From positions 62,317 to 126,316 of the forward strand of contig CAZRYF010000006.1 of NCBI GenBank assembly GCA_964604165.1: a DNA stretch of 64,000 nt. Reading direction: 5' to 3'. The stretch comes from an uncultured Enterobacterales bacterium. Its GTDB lineage: Bacteria > Myxococcota_A > UBA796 > CAJQPC01. The position numbers and the translations under genes were made by a program. Below, one piece after another: positions 60,949 to 64,000 of this stretch (position 1 is the stretch's first letter; each line of letters starts with the position of its first letter). The notes beneath the pieces were generated by a model that was not told where the DNA came from, ran no database searches, and saw only the letters and a program-made list of their open reading frames with translations.

Positions 60949-61242
60949 TCACCCGGCCATTCTTGCGAGTGTGCAACCAACACGCCGAAGGCGGTCTTGC
61001 TGAGCCTCCGCCCCGCTCAGGGCCACGAGGTCCAGAAAGGCGCGGACCTCTGCCGCTGAACCGTGGGCAATCCGGTAGTGGTTGGCTTCCGCGCCACCTC
61101 CACGCCCCTTTCCCTCAGCAATGTTCAGACAGACGGACCGACTCGCCCGAAGCGCCTGGTCCCGAATGTTCGCGTTGCCCCGTCCGAACCGGGCACTTTG
61201 TACCCACCGGAAGCCCAAAGGAGGACGCGGAACCCGCCACAA
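60949..61242 (-). CDS. Four-helix-bundle protein (23S rRNA intervening-sequence protein / Avd-like family), N-terminally short
   Basis: The core reads RDQALRASRSVCLNIAEGKGRGGGAEANHYRIAHGSAAEVRAFLDLV. Only a TTG start is available, and the first helix of the family appears to be missing. Confidence 0.55.
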   Translation of the reverse strand: MWRVPRPPLGFRWVQSARFGRGNANIRDQALRASRSVCLNIAEGKGRGGGAEANHYRIAHGSAAEVRAFLDLVALSGAEAQQDRLRRVGCTLARMAG

Positions 61243-61305
61243 AAAATCCCGCCAAAAAGACCCGACAACTCGACAACTCGACCCTCAACAACCCACCCCT
61301 TCCCT

Positions 61306-61725
61306 TCAAACCTCCAACGTCATCAAAACCGCCTCCTCCCCATCCCGGTAGTACCCCCCCCGCCGACCCACCTCCCGAAACCCCAGGCCTTCATAAAGAG
61401 CGCGAGCCGCCCCATTCGAAGCCCGAAGCTCCAACAGCACTTCCCCCTCTCCCCCTCGTTCCAAGAGCTCCTTCACAAGTTCGCGCCCAATCCCTTCTCG
61501 CCGGTGTTCCGAATGCACAGCCACATTCAGGATGTGCGTTTGGTTCGCAACGGTCCATCCAATGCCGAAGCCGCGCACTCTACCTCCCACCTCCGCCACC
61601 AGAAAATGCCCCCCAGCTCGCTGAAGCTCTTCCCGGAATTGTGCGCGTGACCATCCGGGTGGCTGCGCGGCCTTTTCGATCGCAACCACCTCTTCCAGGT
61701 CAGGCTCGGCGCCGGCGCGAATCAT
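61306..61725 (-). CDS. rimI: Ribosomal-protein-alanine N-acetyltransferase (GNAT)
   Basis: The 139-aa product carries NVAVHSEHRREGIGRELV (acetyl-CoA motif), RASNGAARALYEGLGF and YYRDGEEA. Confidence 0.8.
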   Translation of the reverse strand: MIRAGAEPDLEEVVAIEKAAQPPGWSRAQFREELQRAGGHFLVAEVGGRVRGFGIGWTVANQTHILNVAVHSEHRREGIGRELVKELLERGGEGEVLLELRASNGAARALYEGLGFREVGRRGGYYRDGEEAVLMTLEV

Positions 61726-62300
61726 CGGGCAGGAATCCGCCGCACGCGGGCCTCATCTCGGTGTGGTGTGATCCAGCGCTCGTAGGTGGTGATGTATACG
61801 TCTGCCCACCCCACCTGCTCGGACTCCCACTCCAGAGACAGCCCCACGTTTCGATGGATGAAGGACTCCACCACCATGCGTCCATGCAGGTGCGAGCGCA
61901 GGTCAGTCTCGGACATGCCCCATTGGGCCAGAAAGGCGAGGTAGGCCTTTTCCCCGTCCCAGGTGGAACGGACCGCGGCCAGCCTCGCGTCCAGCTGGGT
62001 GCGGTCCGGTGCGTAAAGAGGCACATCTCCCGCCAACAGGAGCAGGATCCGCATGTCCTCCAGGCGCTGAAGCGCCGCCGTTTCCGGATTGGCGAGAGGG
62101 GGAATTGGAGTCTCCACATGGGGGTGAAGTGCCTCTTCAAACCCTACTTCCGTCGAGGTGACGATGGACTCTCCGAGCACGGAGACGACCCGGTCTGCCA
62201 GGGCGGCGCCAGGCTCTTGGACATCGGAGCCGAGAGCCGTTGAGAACAGGGAGTTCCCCAGAACAAAGCCCCACACCTTTGTGAACCGCTGGGGAGGCAT
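61722..62300 (-). CDS. Hypothetical exported protein (possible SurA-N-like chaperone fold, weak)
   Basis: The ATG at 62300 gives MPPQRFTKVWGFVLGNSLFSTALG, a signal-like N-terminus. Its stop overlaps the rimI start (ATGA). The rest of listed ORF 61722..63203 is antisense to the ABC gene. Confidence 0.4.
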   Translation of the reverse strand: MPPQRFTKVWGFVLGNSLFSTALGSDVQEPGAALADRVVSVLGESIVTSTEVGFEEALHPHVETPIPPLANPETAALQRLEDMRILLLLAGDVPLYAPDRTQLDARLAAVRSTWDGEKAYLAFLAQWGMSETDLRSHLHGRMVVESFIHRNVGLSLEWESEQVGWADVYITTYERWITPHRDEARVRRIPAR

Positions 62301-62330
62301 TACACTCCCACTCCGCAGCGCGGGGAGACC

Positions 62331-63257
62331 ATGATCGAAGCCCGGAAATTGACGAAGCGATACGGCGACCTGACGGCGATCGACCAGGTCAGTTTTTCTG
62401 TGGACAAGGGGGAGGTCCTGGGGTTCATTGGGCCAAACGGTGCGGGCAAGACCACTACCATGCGTATCCTGACGGGCTTCCTTCCCGCCACGGAGGGAGT
62501 CGCAATCGTCGCGGGACACGATGTGTTTGCCTCCCCTCGGGAGGTCAAGAGGGCTGTGGGCTACCTTCCGGAGACCCCTCCGTTGTACCGGGAGCTCACA
62601 GTGGGCCAGTACTTGAGATTTGTCGCGCAGCTGCGCGAGGTTCCGGCCAAGGAGACCCTGACCCGCATTGGCTCGGTCATGGAGCGTGTAGGGCTCACCG
62701 GGTGGGAGTCCCGGATTCTCGGCAGCCTGTCCAAGGGCTACAGGCAGCGTGTGGGCATTGCCCAGGCTCTGGTCCATGACCCCCAGGTGCTTATTCTCGA
62801 TGAGCCCACCAGTGGTCTGGACCCCGCCCAGAACCTGGGCATTCGACGTCTCATAGGGGAGCTGGCCTCGGATCGGACCGTGGTTCTTTCCACCCACATT
62901 CTCCGGGAGGTGGAGGCTGTGGCAAGCCGGGTGGTGGTGATTGACCGGTCCCGGATTGTGGCGGATGGAACCCTGGAAGAGGTCTGTGCCCACGGAGGCG
63001 ATCCCACTTGGCGCGTGCAATTCGGAAGCAGCGCTTCGGACACCGCGGAACAGGCGGTGGCGGTGGGAGACCTCGCCGCGGTGGCCCGCGTGCACCCCCG
63101 GGCCGATGGCGTCCTGGAAGTCCGTGCCCCTGCGGATCCCCGGGTGGAGATCTCGAAGATGGCGGCGGCGAAGGGGTGGGAAATTGCCTCTTTGGAAGCT
63201 CACCTTCCGGGGCTGGAAGCCGCCTTTCTCTCCCTGGTAGGCGAGGAGGCCGCATGA
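62331..63257 (+). CDS. ABC transporter ATP-binding protein (ABC-2 / GldA-like)
   Basis: The Walker A motif is GPNGAGKTTT, the signature is LSKGYRQR and the Walker B is LILDEPTSGLD. Confidence 0.9.
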   Translation: MIEARKLTKRYGDLTAIDQVSFSVDKGEVLGFIGPNGAGKTTTMRILTGFLPATEGVAIVAGHDVFASPREVKRAVGYLPETPPLYRELTVGQYLRFVAQLREVPAKETLTRIGSVMERVGLTGWESRILGSLSKGYRQRVGIAQALVHDPQVLILDEPTSGLDPAQNLGIRRLIGELASDRTVVLSTHILREVEAVASRVVVIDRSRIVADGTLEEVCAHGGDPTWRVQFGSSASDTAEQAVAVGDLAAVARVHPRADGVLEVRAPADPRVEISKMAAAKGWEIASLEAHLPGLEAAFLSLVGEEAA

Positions 63258-63964
63258 GCGGAATGTGGGCCATTTACCGCAAGGAGCTGCGGAGCTACTT
63301 TGTGAGCCCCCTGGCGTATGCCTTTCTATGCGCGTTCCTGTTTCTTGCGGGGGTGTTTTTCTACCTGGGCATTGCCCTGACCGGGGAGGCTTCCCTTCGG
63401 GTCATGCTGGGCAACCTCTCCATTTCCCTGATCTTCGTTCTGCCCATGCTCACCATGGGCCACTTCTCCGAGGAGCAGCGCGGCGGCACCCTGGAGCTTT
63501 TGATGACCGTGCCTTTGTCGCTGCCTTCCCTGGTGCTGGGCAAGTGGTTGGCCTCGTGGACCTTGTGTGGGGTGATGCTCACGGGGACGCTGCTGTTTCC
63601 GTGGATCCTCTCCTGGTACGGGGACCCAGACTGGGGGATAGTCCTCACTTCTTACCTGGGCCTCGCGTTGAGCTGCGGCGCTTTCTGTGCTGCCGGCTTG
63701 TTCGCCTCTTCTCTGACCGAAGATGCAGTGGCCGCTGGGTTGGCCGGCATCCTGATGCTTCTGCCCTTCTGGCTCATGGGCAGCGCCGTGCGCCTGGTGG
63801 GGGAGACCTGGGGCCCCCGCCTGGAGAAGCTCGCGCTCCTGCCCCACTTGCGAGACTTCAACCGGGGAATTGTGGACACCGGGGACCTGGCCTGGTTCGC
63901 GGGCTTCACCTTTGTCTTTCTCTTCCTGACCTTTCGTTCCCTGGAGTCCCGCCGATGGCGTTGA
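63254..63964 (+). CDS. ABC-2 type transporter permease (GldF-like)
   Basis: The start is in an ATGA overlap with the ATPase gene. The product begins MSGMWAIYRKELRSYFVSPLAY, has six hydrophobic segments and contains EEQRGGTLELL. Confidence 0.75.
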   Translation: MSGMWAIYRKELRSYFVSPLAYAFLCAFLFLAGVFFYLGIALTGEASLRVMLGNLSISLIFVLPMLTMGHFSEEQRGGTLELLMTVPLSLPSLVLGKWLASWTLCGVMLTGTLLFPWILSWYGDPDWGIVLTSYLGLALSCGAFCAAGLFASSLTEDAVAAGLAGILMLLPFWLMGSAVRLVGETWGPRLEKLALLPHLRDFNRGIVDTGDLAWFAGFTFVFLFLTFRSLESRRWR

Positions 63965-64000
63965 ATCTCCAGAGCCGTCGTCGCCTGGCCCATGGAGGCA
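63955..64000 (+). CDS. 5' end of the next gene (possibly the GldG-like auxiliary component), truncated by the window edge
   Basis: The ATG at 63955 overlaps the permease stop. The product begins MALNLQSRRRLAHGG. Only 15 codons are visible. Confidence 0.3.
   Translation, partial: MALNLQSRRRLAHGG

Noticed and set aside
60949-61242. The four-helix-bundle protein considered as the Avd component of a diversity-generating retroelement.
   Set aside because: No reverse transcriptase, template repeat / variable repeat pair or target gene is visible within the window.
1-64000. A search by eye for rRNA or tRNA genes, riboswitches (TPP upstream of thiE, Moco upstream of moaA/moeA, cobalamin upstream of the B12-rSAM gene), prophage genes, transposases, integrases, toxin-antitoxin pairs or known defence systems.
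   Set aside because: The relevant genes have no free upstream leader because their junctions overlap or are under 40 nt. No ORF has a recognisable mobility or defence signature. Absence cannot be proven without covariance-model or HMM scans.

Overview
This is a high-GC bacterial chromosomal segment. Hand counts of typical 60-nt lines give about 65-70% GC. It is densely coded on both strands, and I found no rRNA, tRNA, CRISPR array, integrase or transposase. The gene content looks Myxococcota-like, which is an inference from a MopE-type Cys-motif lipoprotein, an AgmX/PglI-type tail protein, a eukaryote-like Ser/Thr kinase and a GspN-containing T2SS.

Main blocks:
(1) The left edge carries a multihaem cytochrome c that the ORF track misses because it runs off the window. 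Just upstream of it is a small exported peptide with a Cys at every third residue.
(2) 1.7-8.3 kb is an envelope glycosylation neighbourhood. It holds an O-antigen-ligase-like protein and an AglB/STT3-like oligosaccharyltransferase divergent from a Dpm1-like GT2.
(3) 10.1-24.0 kb is a complete, translationally coupled 12-gene type II secretion operon, gspCDEFGHIJKLMN.
(4) 24-31 kb holds regulators and housekeeping genes: an atypical response regulator with a GT-C enzyme, pabB, an internally deleted O-methyltransferase, thiE and a degenerate sigma54-EBP-like regulator.
(5) 31-37 kb holds mltD-like, moeA, mobA, moaB, mrp and moaA.
(6) 37-41.5 kb holds a membrane protein and two outer-membrane proteins, followed by a 200-bp array of an inverted 13-bp repeat.
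(7) 41.8-46.9 kb holds an SDR plus di-iron protein operon, a Ser/Thr kinase and an NlpC/P60 lipoprotein.
(8) 46.8-51.7 kb holds a carbamoyltransferase, a B12-radical-SAM enzyme and a GT-C enzyme.
(9) 51.7-58.4 kb is a putative c-di-GMP module made of degenerate domains (MshEN / HD-like / pseudo-receiver, a HEAT protein and an HD-GYP-like protein), followed by larE and a CPBP protease.
(10) 58.4-61.3 kb is a lower-GC patch with two Cys-rich lipoproteins and small accessory genes.
(11) The right end holds rimI and a GldA/F-like ABC-2 transporter.

The candidates most worth follow-up are the (C-x-A)n lipoprotein peptide beside the cytochrome, the degenerate c-di-GMP module, the AglB-like OST locus, the carbamoyltransferase/rSAM/GT-C trio and the 13-bp inverted repeat array. 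All functional calls rest on motif recognition by eye. No database search was possible.
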